64,000 nucleotides of DNA from an uncultured delta proteobacterium (lineage in GTDB: Bacteria; Desulfobacterota; Binatia; UBA9968), in NCBI GenBank assembly GCA_963737905.1, contig CAVTUQ010000004.1, positions 32,001 to 96,000 of the forward strand, in the 5' to 3' direction. A model generated the notes under the pieces. The model was not told where the DNA came from. It searched no databases and saw only the letters and a program-made list of their open reading frames with translations. This document shows positions 41,617-49,448 of this stretch, one piece after another. A program made the position numbers and the translations under genes. Positions within the stretch are counted from its first letter, which is position 1; each line of letters begins with the position of its first letter.

Positions 41617-42453
41617 ATGGCAACAACGTGCCCGGTCGACTTCGATGTAGATAGATTGCGCCGGCTCGTGCGTGTGGAGTACGATCGGCTGGCGCGGGAA
41701 CCCAGGGGAAACTTTCATTTTCATCGAGGACTGGAGTATGCTTGCCGCATACTCCGCTATGACCCTGAGGAGTTGGCAACAATCCCATCCGAATGCACCG
41801 CGTCCTTTGCCGGTGTCGGCAATCCGCACCGCATCGGTCCCATCGAACCGGGTGAAACAGTCCTTGATATCGGGTGCGGCGCCGGCATGGATCTTTTGCT
41901 GGTCGCGCGCCGCGCCGGCCCTTCGGGAAAAGCGATTGGAGTGGATATGACCCCCTCCATGCTCGAGCTGGCCAAGCGCGGCGCACTAAAGGCCGGCTTA
42001 TGGGAGAACACTGAGGTTCGCCGCGGCACGGCCGAAGAGCTGCCGGTGGCGAGCGAGAGTGTCGATGTTGTTATCTCTAACGGCGTCCTCAATCTCTCAC
42101 CGGACAAAGATCGCGCCTTTCGCGAGATATACAGAGTGCTGCGTCCGGGAGGACGCTTGTATCTCGCCGATGTAGTGATTCAAAGAGAGCTTTCACTCGC
42201 AACGCGAAGCGATGTCGATCTTTGGGCAGCGTGAATTGGCGGCGCTCTGCCGGAGGTGGAGCTTTATGAAATCACCGCTGGCGTTGGTTTGACGGATGGG
42301 AAGATCGTCGAGCGCTTCGATTGTTATGAAGGTACCTCTGCTAAAGCAAAGTTATCCAAAGACCTTCTCATTCACGGCGTGAATTTTCTCGCCCGCAAAC
42401 CGTCGCGCTCAAGAGGGGCCAACGATCAGCAAACGTCGGACAGGCTAGGATAG
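41617..42453 (+). CDS. ArsM-fold SAM methyltransferase with in-frame UGA (probable selenocysteine at residue 206), 278 aa
   Basis: VLDIGCGAGMD SAM motif; DLWAA-TGA-IGGAL aligns with the ArsM LWxxCIxGAL motif; ORF 42256-42453 is in the same frame. Confidence 0.8.
42244..42262 (+). promoter_or_regulatory. Bacterial SECIS-like hairpin
   Basis: GCUCUGCC-GGA-GGUGGAGC: 8-bp stem (2 GU pairs), G-first loop 17 nt after the UGA at 42232-42234. Confidence 0.7.
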
Positions 42454-42458
42454 TCGGG

Positions 42459-43373
42459 ATGGAAAAATCATCCGAGAAAGAAATCACCACGGCGACTCTT
42501 ACAGTTTTCGCCCTTATCGCCTTTGCCGCCAACTCGGTCTTATGCCGATTGGCGCTCGGCCAGTCGGCCATCGATCCTGCAAGTTACACGGCGGTCAGGC
42601 TGATCACAGGAGCGGTCACTTTGTGGATCATCACTCGCTTCCTCCGGGCCGGATCCTTCGGGAAGTCCGGCGGCAGCTGGATTTCTGCAGCAATGCTTTT
42701 TCTATATGCGGTAACCTTTTCTTTCGCCTACCTAAGCTTGAGCGCGGGAACTGGCGCGTTGATTCTATTCGCAGCGGTGCAAATTACGATGATCGCGGTT
42801 GGCCTCTATGCGGGCGAAAGACCGGAGCTATTGGAGTGGCTGGGATTATTCATCGCCATTGCTGGCCTGATTTATTTAGTGTTTCCCGGGATCACCGCCC
42901 CGTCCATCCTCGGATCGCTACTCATGGCCACCGCCGGCATCGCCTGGGGTGTTTACTCTCTCAGAGGCCGAGGAGCCAGTGATCCTGTCAGTGTCACCAC
43001 GGACAATTTTCTACGCACAGTGCCCTTGGCCCTCGGTCTCATCTTGTTATGGCTATCGACGCTGACTATAACCCCGATGGGTTTTCTCTGGGCAGCCCTA
43101 TCCGGATCCATCACGTCGGGAGTCGGCTATGTCCTATGGTATGCGGCGCTGCCTCGCCTGACAGCGACACGGGCGGCCACGGTCCAGCTAGCACCGGCAC
43201 CGCTAGCAGCACTTGGCGGAGTTGTCGTTTTATCTGAAGCGATTAGTCTGCGTCTGGTGATATCGTCTGTGGTGATTCTGGGTGGGGTCGGCCTGGCGGC
43301 TTCCCGCCGCACGTCCGTTTCCAAGCGGCCAGAGTCTTTAACCGCTGTCGTACAGACTTCCATCAGAGACTAA
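42459..43373 (+). CDS. DMT/EamA family transporter
   Basis: AFAANSVLCRLAL, about 10 TM segments; starts 5 bp after the read-through methyltransferase stop. Confidence 0.88.
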   Translation: MEKSSEKEITTATLTVFALIAFAANSVLCRLALGQSAIDPASYTAVRLITGAVTLWIITRFLRAGSFGKSGGSWISAAMLFLYAVTFSFAYLSLSAGTGALILFAAVQITMIAVGLYAGERPELLEWLGLFIAIAGLIYLVFPGITAPSILGSLLMATAGIAWGVYSLRGRGASDPVSVTTDNFLRTVPLALGLILLWLSTLTITPMGFLWAALSGSITSGVGYVLWYAALPRLTATRAATVQLAPAPLAALGGVVVLSEAISLRLVISSVVILGGVGLAASRRTSVSKRPESLTAVVQTSIRD

Positions 43374-43533
43374 AAGCGACTTAAGATCTCACAGCAAACA
43401 GAATTTTTCGTTGCCGAAGTTCTTTAATCGACACGCGGCACATTCTGTATGTTTCACATGTTTCTCGGCGTCCACGTCCGACCGTGGATGCTCAACTCAT
43501 TTTTGAACTGGGAGTGAGATCTCAGATGATGAC

Positions 43534-43983
43534 TCATGCGAGGCGGACAACGATCACCCCCATCACTACCATGCAAACCAGTTGTGTAAAAAAGAAAATA
43601 AACCTCAGGGTTACTGCGAAGTTGGTAGGCGTGAGGGCGATATGGACGATGGTCTGGCAAACGCGGGCCGCCAGCAATAGGATCGCCAACCGATCCAGCG
43701 TAACGCTCCGGATGCCGGTCGCGACAATGGCCACCACCACCGCCGTGTAGAGTGGCAGGTTCTCCAGACAGTTGGCATGAGCGCGCATGGCCCGCTGGTA
43801 CCAATCGCTTCCATGTGGCTCGTCGGCCGGAAATTCCTTAATCGCTGCTCGTCCCGTCAAAATCCGACTCCATCGATACCAGCCGATGGTGCTCAGAAGC
43901 GTGATTGCAGTCCACGTCGCAAAACCCAACAAGACCCAGATCGGGATTGACACGAATCCAACCCTCTGCTTGAACTGGGCCAA
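43534..43983 (-). CDS. MAPEG family membrane protein
   Basis: RAMRAHANCLENLPLY, ARVCQTIVH; start uncertain. Confidence 0.8.
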   Translation of the reverse strand: MAQFKQRVGFVSIPIWVLLGFATWTAITLLSTIGWYRWSRILTGRAAIKEFPADEPHGSDWYQRAMRAHANCLENLPLYTAVVVAIVATGIRSVTLDRLAILLLAARVCQTIVHIALTPTNFAVTLRFIFFFTQLVCMVVMGVIVVRLA

Positions 43984-44103
43984 AATTCTTTCGCCGCACG
44001 TGCGGTGGCCATGAGACCTGGCGCTCAGGAGTCAATGCTTCGACAATCTGGACCGGTGGGTCTATGCAGACAAAATCTACTAGGAGTTCACACCTCCGGC
44101 CAA

Positions 44104-44148
44104 TTAGACGGCTTGAACGACTGCAACGTTTGGAACGGCTGGAACTGT
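44104..44148. repeat. 5 x 9-bp TTGAACnnn array
   Basis: TTAGACGGC TTGAACGAC TGCAACGTT TGGAACGGC TGGAACTGT. Confidence 0.75.
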
Positions 44149-44160
44149 CCCGAGTCGGCC

Positions 44161-45909
44161 TCACACCATCTGCATGTACACATCGACCAGGGCCGGTCGT
44201 TTTTCTTCTTTGATGACCTTGATCGCCCGTTCCACCGCCGGGCGAATCTTCTCCGGTTCGGTGATCGGCCCCTCGCCGTGAACGCTAAAGGTGCGGGCCA
44301 AGTTGGCAAAGTCCACCGGGGGCTTGGCCATTTCCATACCCACGAGTTTGTTCTCCACCGGCCGGCCGCGGTGGATCGCGACCTTTTCCTGATGCTCCAC
44401 GTCGTTGTAATAAACCCGATTGTTGGTCATTACCGTCAACAAAGGCACTCCGGTGTTGGCCGCAGTCCACAGGGCGCTCGGTGTGTACAGCATCTCGCCG
44501 TCGCGCTGCAAATTGACGCAGATCTTGCCCGTGCCCCGATAGGGTAGCGACGCGCCGACGGACGCGGCGGGACCGTAGCCTAATCCGCCACCGCCATAGC
44601 CGCCGAGAAAAAGGCCGGGTTTATCCCAAGTCCAGAGACGGCTCGGCCAGCCGCGAAAAGCCCCGGCGACCAGCAGCCAGTCTTCCTTCTTGAGCGCTTC
44701 CCAAATTTCGTAGGCCAAGCGCGGCGGCGCGATGGGCCGCTCGTCCCAACGCTTTTTGAGATCCGCTTGCCAGCGCGCGTGAACTTCCTCGTGCTGCCCC
44801 GTCATCGCCTTGCGCCGGTCATCGACGACGCTGTTGGAAAATTTGCCCTGCTTTTTGATTTCTTCAGCCAAAGCCGGGAGAAAAACTCTCGTGTTCGCGA
44901 CGATGGGCAGATCCACCGGCGCCAGTTGTTGAAAATCGCTGGTCCAACTCCGCACCGAGAGATCGTTGAGCGTCACGTTGATCACCTTGCAGCCGGGCTT
45001 GGTCGCAGGGGCGGTCGCGTGGGTCGCGGGGTCCTGCTTGACCAGAGCGCCGAATAGATCGGTCATGTCTAGCCCCATGATGACGTCGGCGTTGGCGATC
45101 AGCTCGCGGTTCTTGCCGGTAAGATTCAACGAATGCGTGTTGGGAAAATTCATGCGCGCGCCGAAATCGATGACCGGGATCGACAACAGATCGGCGAGCG
45201 CCACCAGGCTCATCACCGCGTCGTTATTCCGGCCCACGTAATCAGCGAGGATCACCGGATTCTGCGCCGTCGACAATAGTCGCGCTGCTTCTTTGATCGC
45301 ATCGTAGTCCGCTTGCAGCGGCGCCGGGGGACGGAAGCGGCTCGGATCGGGCAGCGGGATCTCTTTTTCGATCGCGGCCTCCTGATCGGTGACATCGAAG
45401 CAGAGATAGACCGGCCCGCCCGGGTCGCTCATGGCGATGCGATAGCCTCGCATGATCGAGGACGGAAACGCTTCGACGCCCACGGGTTGGTCGTCCCACT
45501 TGACGAAGTCGCGCACCAGATTACCCTGCACCTGCGCCGTATGGATCCAGTCGATCCACGGGCGGCGTTTACTCGAATTCATCGGCCCTGTGCCGCCCAT
45601 GACCATCACCGGCGTGTGGTCGCACCAGGCGTTGTAGATCGCCATGGAAGCGTGCTGCAGGCCGACCACGTTGTGGACGATGGCGGGCATGATCTTACCC
45701 GTCGCTTTGGCGTAACCATGCGCCACCGCGACGGCGATCTCTTCGTGACAGCAGAGAATCATCTCCGGATTGGGTTGTCGGCCGCTCTCATAATTCACTA
45801 GAGAATCGTGAATTCCGCGAAAGCTCGACCCCGGGTTGAGTGCGACGTATTCAATGCCAAGGATTTTCAACAGATCAACGACGAGATCCGATCCATAACG
45901 CGCTGCCAT
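44161..45909 (-). CDS. Thiamine pyrophosphate-binding enzyme (benzoylformate decarboxylase/ALS superfamily)
   Basis: NPGSSFRGIHDS, CHEEIAV, RDGEMLY...NN variant TPP motif. Confidence 0.85.
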   Translation of the reverse strand: MAARYGSDLVVDLLKILGIEYVALNPGSSFRGIHDSLVNYESGRQPNPEMILCCHEEIAVAVAHGYAKATGKIMPAIVHNVVGLQHASMAIYNAWCDHTPVMVMGGTGPMNSSKRRPWIDWIHTAQVQGNLVRDFVKWDDQPVGVEAFPSSIMRGYRIAMSDPGGPVYLCFDVTDQEAAIEKEIPLPDPSRFRPPAPLQADYDAIKEAARLLSTAQNPVILADYVGRNNDAVMSLVALADLLSIPVIDFGARMNFPNTHSLNLTGKNRELIANADVIMGLDMTDLFGALVKQDPATHATAPATKPGCKVINVTLNDLSVRSWTSDFQQLAPVDLPIVANTRVFLPALAEEIKKQGKFSNSVVDDRRKAMTGQHEEVHARWQADLKKRWDERPIAPPRLAYEIWEALKKEDWLLVAGAFRGWPSRLWTWDKPGLFLGGYGGGGLGYGPAASVGASLPYRGTGKICVNLQRDGEMLYTPSALWTAANTGVPLLTVMTNNRVYYNDVEHQEKVAIHRGRPVENKLVGMEMAKPPVDFANLARTFSVHGEGPITEPEKIRPAVERAIKVIKEEKRPALVDVYMQMV

Positions 45910-45989
45910 AAATACCTCCTCGACGATTATTGACTTGAACAGCGACCGAGGACCGAGTCCCCTTCGCTAATGGGCAATGCGCCTCTACA

Positions 45990-46059
45990 GTTCAAAGTTC
46001 AAGGTTCAAAGGGGGAGGGGGGATAAATACCTTGAACCTGGAACGTTGAACTTTTGAAC
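45990..46059. repeat. 7-bp periodic GTTCAA/TTGAAC repeat hairpin
   Basis: GTTCAAA GTTCAAG GTTCAAA [G-rich loop] CTTGAAC CTGGAAC GTTGAAC TTTTGAAC. Confidence 0.85.
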
Positions 46060-46072
46060 GGCCCTTTGGGCC

Positions 46073-47161
46073 CTAGTGAACGGTGGCCGACTGAGACGCC
46101 GCCTGTAACGGCTGTGGAATTTCCATGTCGTAGAGCTTTGCCACGTTGGTGCAAACAAGTTTCCTGCGCACGTCTGCCGGCAAGTGCCCCAGGTCGCGAT
46201 CGATATATTTTTTCGACTCCGGCCATGTGGAATTCCCGTGGGGATAATCGTTGGACCACATACAGTTGTCCTGACCCCACCATTCGAAACTATGGCCCGC
46301 CGCGGTGTCGCGGAAGAACGTCCCATAGACCTGTCGGTTGAAATATTCGCTGGGGTTTTTCGTGATCGGCGGAGGATTCACGCCTTTGAACCTGTTGTAA
46401 TAATAATCCCACTGCTGGAGCATGAACGGCATCCATCCGATCTCATTCTCGACGCTGACGAACCTGAGCTTGGGATATCGATCCAAGACTCCGTAGAAAA
46501 TCAGTTCAAAAAACGCATCGATGATTTCCTTGAGCTTCAGATTCACGCTGCCCCGATAGGCCTCGACGCCTGTTCGCTTGTTACCGAACACGGTTTCCTT
46601 GTGGTAGCCATGCCCGGTGAGGATATGCAGATTCACCGGCATGTTGAGATCCTGGGAAGCCGCCCAGAACTTATTGTAATGCTCCGAATGAAACGGTAGG
46701 TCCGGATGTGGCGCCTGCCAGATGATCGATCCCTTGAGACCGGCCTTCGCGCAACGCTCCAGCTCCTTTACCGCCGCGTCGATGTCATAAACCGAGATCG
46801 CGCCGATACCAATCAAACGATTGGGAGCAACCTTACAATACTCAAACAACCAATCGTTGTACGCTCGGAAACAGGCCTCTTGAAGCTTCGCGTCGTCCAT
46901 GGCGAAGTGCGGCAGCAGGTTGGTCGGGTAAAGCACCTCGGCGCTGAGCCCGTCGGTTTCCATCTCCTTGATTCGGCAATTTGGATCCGACCCACCTGGA
47001 TGCGTCTGAAAGCTTTCTCCCACTTTGAGCTGGGGAAAAACCGGAGCTTGTTCTCGGAACGACGGCGCAACTCGCTCCTTCACGGTGTTGGGTGGTTCCA
47101 TCACGTGGGAGTCCGAAGAAATCAGCACCTCACAACCTGCATTATTTCCATTGCCAGCCAT
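46073..47161 (-). CDS. Amidohydrolase family 2 protein
   Basis: ISSDSHVMEP, AYNDWL, VNLHI, WSNDYPH. Confidence 0.9.
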   Translation of the reverse strand: MAGNGNNAGCEVLISSDSHVMEPPNTVKERVAPSFREQAPVFPQLKVGESFQTHPGGSDPNCRIKEMETDGLSAEVLYPTNLLPHFAMDDAKLQEACFRAYNDWLFEYCKVAPNRLIGIGAISVYDIDAAVKELERCAKAGLKGSIIWQAPHPDLPFHSEHYNKFWAASQDLNMPVNLHILTGHGYHKETVFGNKRTGVEAYRGSVNLKLKEIIDAFFELIFYGVLDRYPKLRFVSVENEIGWMPFMLQQWDYYYNRFKGVNPPPITKNPSEYFNRQVYGTFFRDTAAGHSFEWWGQDNCMWSNDYPHGNSTWPESKKYIDRDLGHLPADVRRKLVCTNVAKLYDMEIPQPLQAASQSATVH

Positions 47162-47207
47162 AAAATCTTCCTCCTTTAGCCATATGTATATGGTTACCTA
47201 TTCATTA

Positions 47208-47278
47208 ACCGCAAAAAACTCAAAGTTCGCAAAGTTTTCGAAAAAACTTCTCTTTGTGTTTTATGCGTTCTTTGCGGT
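47208..47278. repeat. 9-bp periodic repeat hairpin
   Basis: AC CGCAAAAAA CTCAAAGTT CGCAAAG ... CTTTGTGTT TTATGCGTT CTTTGCG GT. Confidence 0.7.
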
Positions 47279-47360
47279 CAAGTTTCTCCTCAATCCTAGC
47301 GACTATTGCAGGTCTACCACCACAGACCTCAACGGGTCAACCGGGCGCGAGCACGCTCAC

Positions 47361-47427
47361 AGTTTCGAGTCTCGCGTTTCGAGTTTCGTGTTTTAAACCC
47401 GAGACTAGAAACCCGAAACACGGAACT
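47361..47427. repeat. 7-bp periodic repeat hairpin
   Basis: AGTTTCG AGTCTCG CGTTTCG AGTTTCG ... AAACCCG AGACTAG AAACCCG AAACACG. Confidence 0.8.
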
Positions 47428-47453
47428 GAAAAGGCCGAGCCAGGCCTTTTCAG
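47426..47453 (-). terminator. Hairpin overlapping the SBP stop codon
   Basis: CTGAAAAGGCC-GAGCCA-GGCCTTTTCAG perfect 11-bp stem. Confidence 0.55.
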
Positions 47454-48444
47454 AAGAGCCCTTCTTTTTCCAACTTCCGCGCGATGCGCTCGTCGATGAC
47501 ATCTTCGGCTTTGAGCTTGCGAATCTGCTCGTTGCTTCTGCCGAGAATACGGATCACGTTGCGCAGGCCATCGACGTTGGCATAAATCCGCCGGTCGTAA
47601 AGGACCTTCATCATGTCATAGCCCGCCTCCGCGTCTTCTACCTTTGACAAGCGCAAGGTGCGCATCAAGCTCCGGATAACCGTAGGTTTGTTTTCAGGAG
47701 TATTGATGAATTTAATGGTCTCGATCATCGCTCTAAGGTAGCGCTCTACGGTGTCGGGCGAGCGGTCGACAAAGCTCCGCCGCGCCATGATGCCCAGACC
47801 CTGAAACGGGATGCCGAGCGTGAGAAGATCGGCCAGAACGCGGAAACCCTGCCGCTCTAGTTGAGCCCCAAACGCATAACCGAGATACGCCCCATCGATA
47901 ATGCCGCCGGTTGCAAGCGCTTGAGCCATAACCCCCTGATCGCCGATGATCCGAAACTGAATGTTGTCACGCTCCGGATTGATCCCCCAGTGATCAAAAG
48001 CCAGCATGCTGAACATCCACACGCCCCCGCCGATACTTTGGACGCCGATCCTTTTGCCCTTGAGATCCGCCGGCGTCTTGATATTGGGAGCGACCACGAA
48101 CGTGCCATCGAGCTTGTTAATCAAACCTGCGACGAAGACCAAGTCGAGTCCGCCGGCCATCGCGCCGATGGATGCACCCGTAGCCGAACCGCCGTGAAAT
48201 TGCGTCTCTCCGGCAGCGAGCGCCGACAAGCCGACCGCGCCGCTCCGCACGTTGACGACTTGAGCATCCAGACCATACTTTTGAAAAATCCCCGCATCTT
48301 TAGCCACAAAAAGCACGCCACTGCGCTCGTTCAACCCGCCATAAGTGACGACGATCTTTGTCGGCGCCGAAGCGGCAAAACGGCAGGAGAAAAGCCCAGT
48401 GTCAAAACTAGAACGATCAAACAACATCGCATCCGATACTCCAT
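47450..48444 (-). CDS. ABC solute-binding protein (NMT1/SsuA-like); homopolymer frameshift in signal peptide near 48378
   Basis: GAGGAG RBS + ATG 48444 gives MEYRMRCCLIVLVLTLGFSPAV; body IFQKYGLD, DLKGKRIG. Confidence 0.8.
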
Positions 48445-48602
48445 CACTTTATTATCTCCTCTTTCCCATCGACGACTTCTTGTACTCCGTGCACATCTCG
48501 GATTGCAAGCGCATCGGTTTATGACTTCTGTTCGCTTCAGGTCGCCGGAGCCCTCTATGAAATCCGGTCGAGCCGGGGTAAACCCGGCACCCGGAGCAAG
48601 TC

Positions 48603-48636
48603 TTGACGCGCGCTTTCAATTGACCATAATGGTCAA
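48603..48636 (+). promoter_or_regulatory. Sigma-70 promoter with overlapping palindromic operator of the TA operon
   Basis: TTGACG-16-CATAAT; palindrome TTGACCAT-A-ATGGTCAA (48620-48636). Confidence 0.7.
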
Positions 48637-48662
48637 GTAGGACAAACCAGAAAGGAATATCT

Positions 48663-48953
48663 ATGAAGACTACAACCGTCTCAAAACTCAAGGCTTCTCT
48701 CAGTGAGTATCTACGATCGGTCAAGGCAGGCGAAGAAGTCCTAGTCACTGAACGCGGGCGCCCTATTGCCAAGCTCACTCCGGTCGCAAGTTCCGACATT
48801 CTGCCTGATCACTTGGTCGAAATGGAAAAACAGGGTTTCATCAAAATCGGCTCAGGAAAGTTGCCGAAGGGTTTTTGGGATCTTCCGCGGCCCAAAGATC
48901 CTAAGGGGTTGGTTCTCAAGACTGCTTTACGGGAACGGGAGGAGGGCTGGTGA
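48663..48953 (+). CDS. Phd/YefM-family antitoxin
   Basis: VSKLKASLSEYLRSVKAGEEVLVTERGRPIAKL. Confidence 0.9.
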   Translation: MKTTTVSKLKASLSEYLRSVKAGEEVLVTERGRPIAKLTPVASSDILPDHLVEMEKQGFIKIGSGKLPKGFWDLPRPKDPKGLVLKTALREREEGW

Positions 48954-49382
48954 AATTCTGGGACACATCCGCGGTTGTCCCTCTGTGCGTAATCGAGCCC
49001 ATTACCGGAACCGTTAAATCAATTCTCACTGGAGACCCTTCGCTCGTCGTTTGGTGGGCAACGAGGACTGAATGTGTCTCAGCCCTCAACCGGCAAACCC
49101 GAGAAGGCAGCTTGCGTATCGAGGACGAACACCAGGCACATCACGTACTAAGGCAACTTGCGGACGCCTGGACCGAGGTTCAACCGAGCGAAATTAATCG
49201 TGGGACCGCAGAGCGGCTACTTGCGTGCATGCTCTCAGAGCTGCAGATGCTTTTCAGTTAGCGCCGCTTTGCATTGGTGTCAAAGACAGCCGGTGAACAG
49301 AGAGCTGGTCTCCTTCGACACCCGGTTGCGAAACGCGGCATACAAAGAAGGATTCACGCTCCGTCCCGCCCAGATTCACTGA
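48950..49382 (+). CDS. PIN-domain (VapC-like) toxin, two apparent indels near 49225 and 49262
   Basis: KFWDTSAVV; TECVSAL; intermediate frame VHALRAADAFQL; last frame AALHW...SFDTRLRNAA; GTGA overlap with antitoxin. Confidence 0.82.
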
Positions 49383-49448
49383 GCAGTATACGTGAAGGCA
49401 CCGCGCGGAAAATCTTCGTCCGGGTTTCTGGATGCTCGATGTAACCGA

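Noticed and set aside
10850-47427. Short repeat arrays as CRISPR
   Set aside because: Units are 7-10 bp with at most 3 variable bases, no unique spacers and no cas genes
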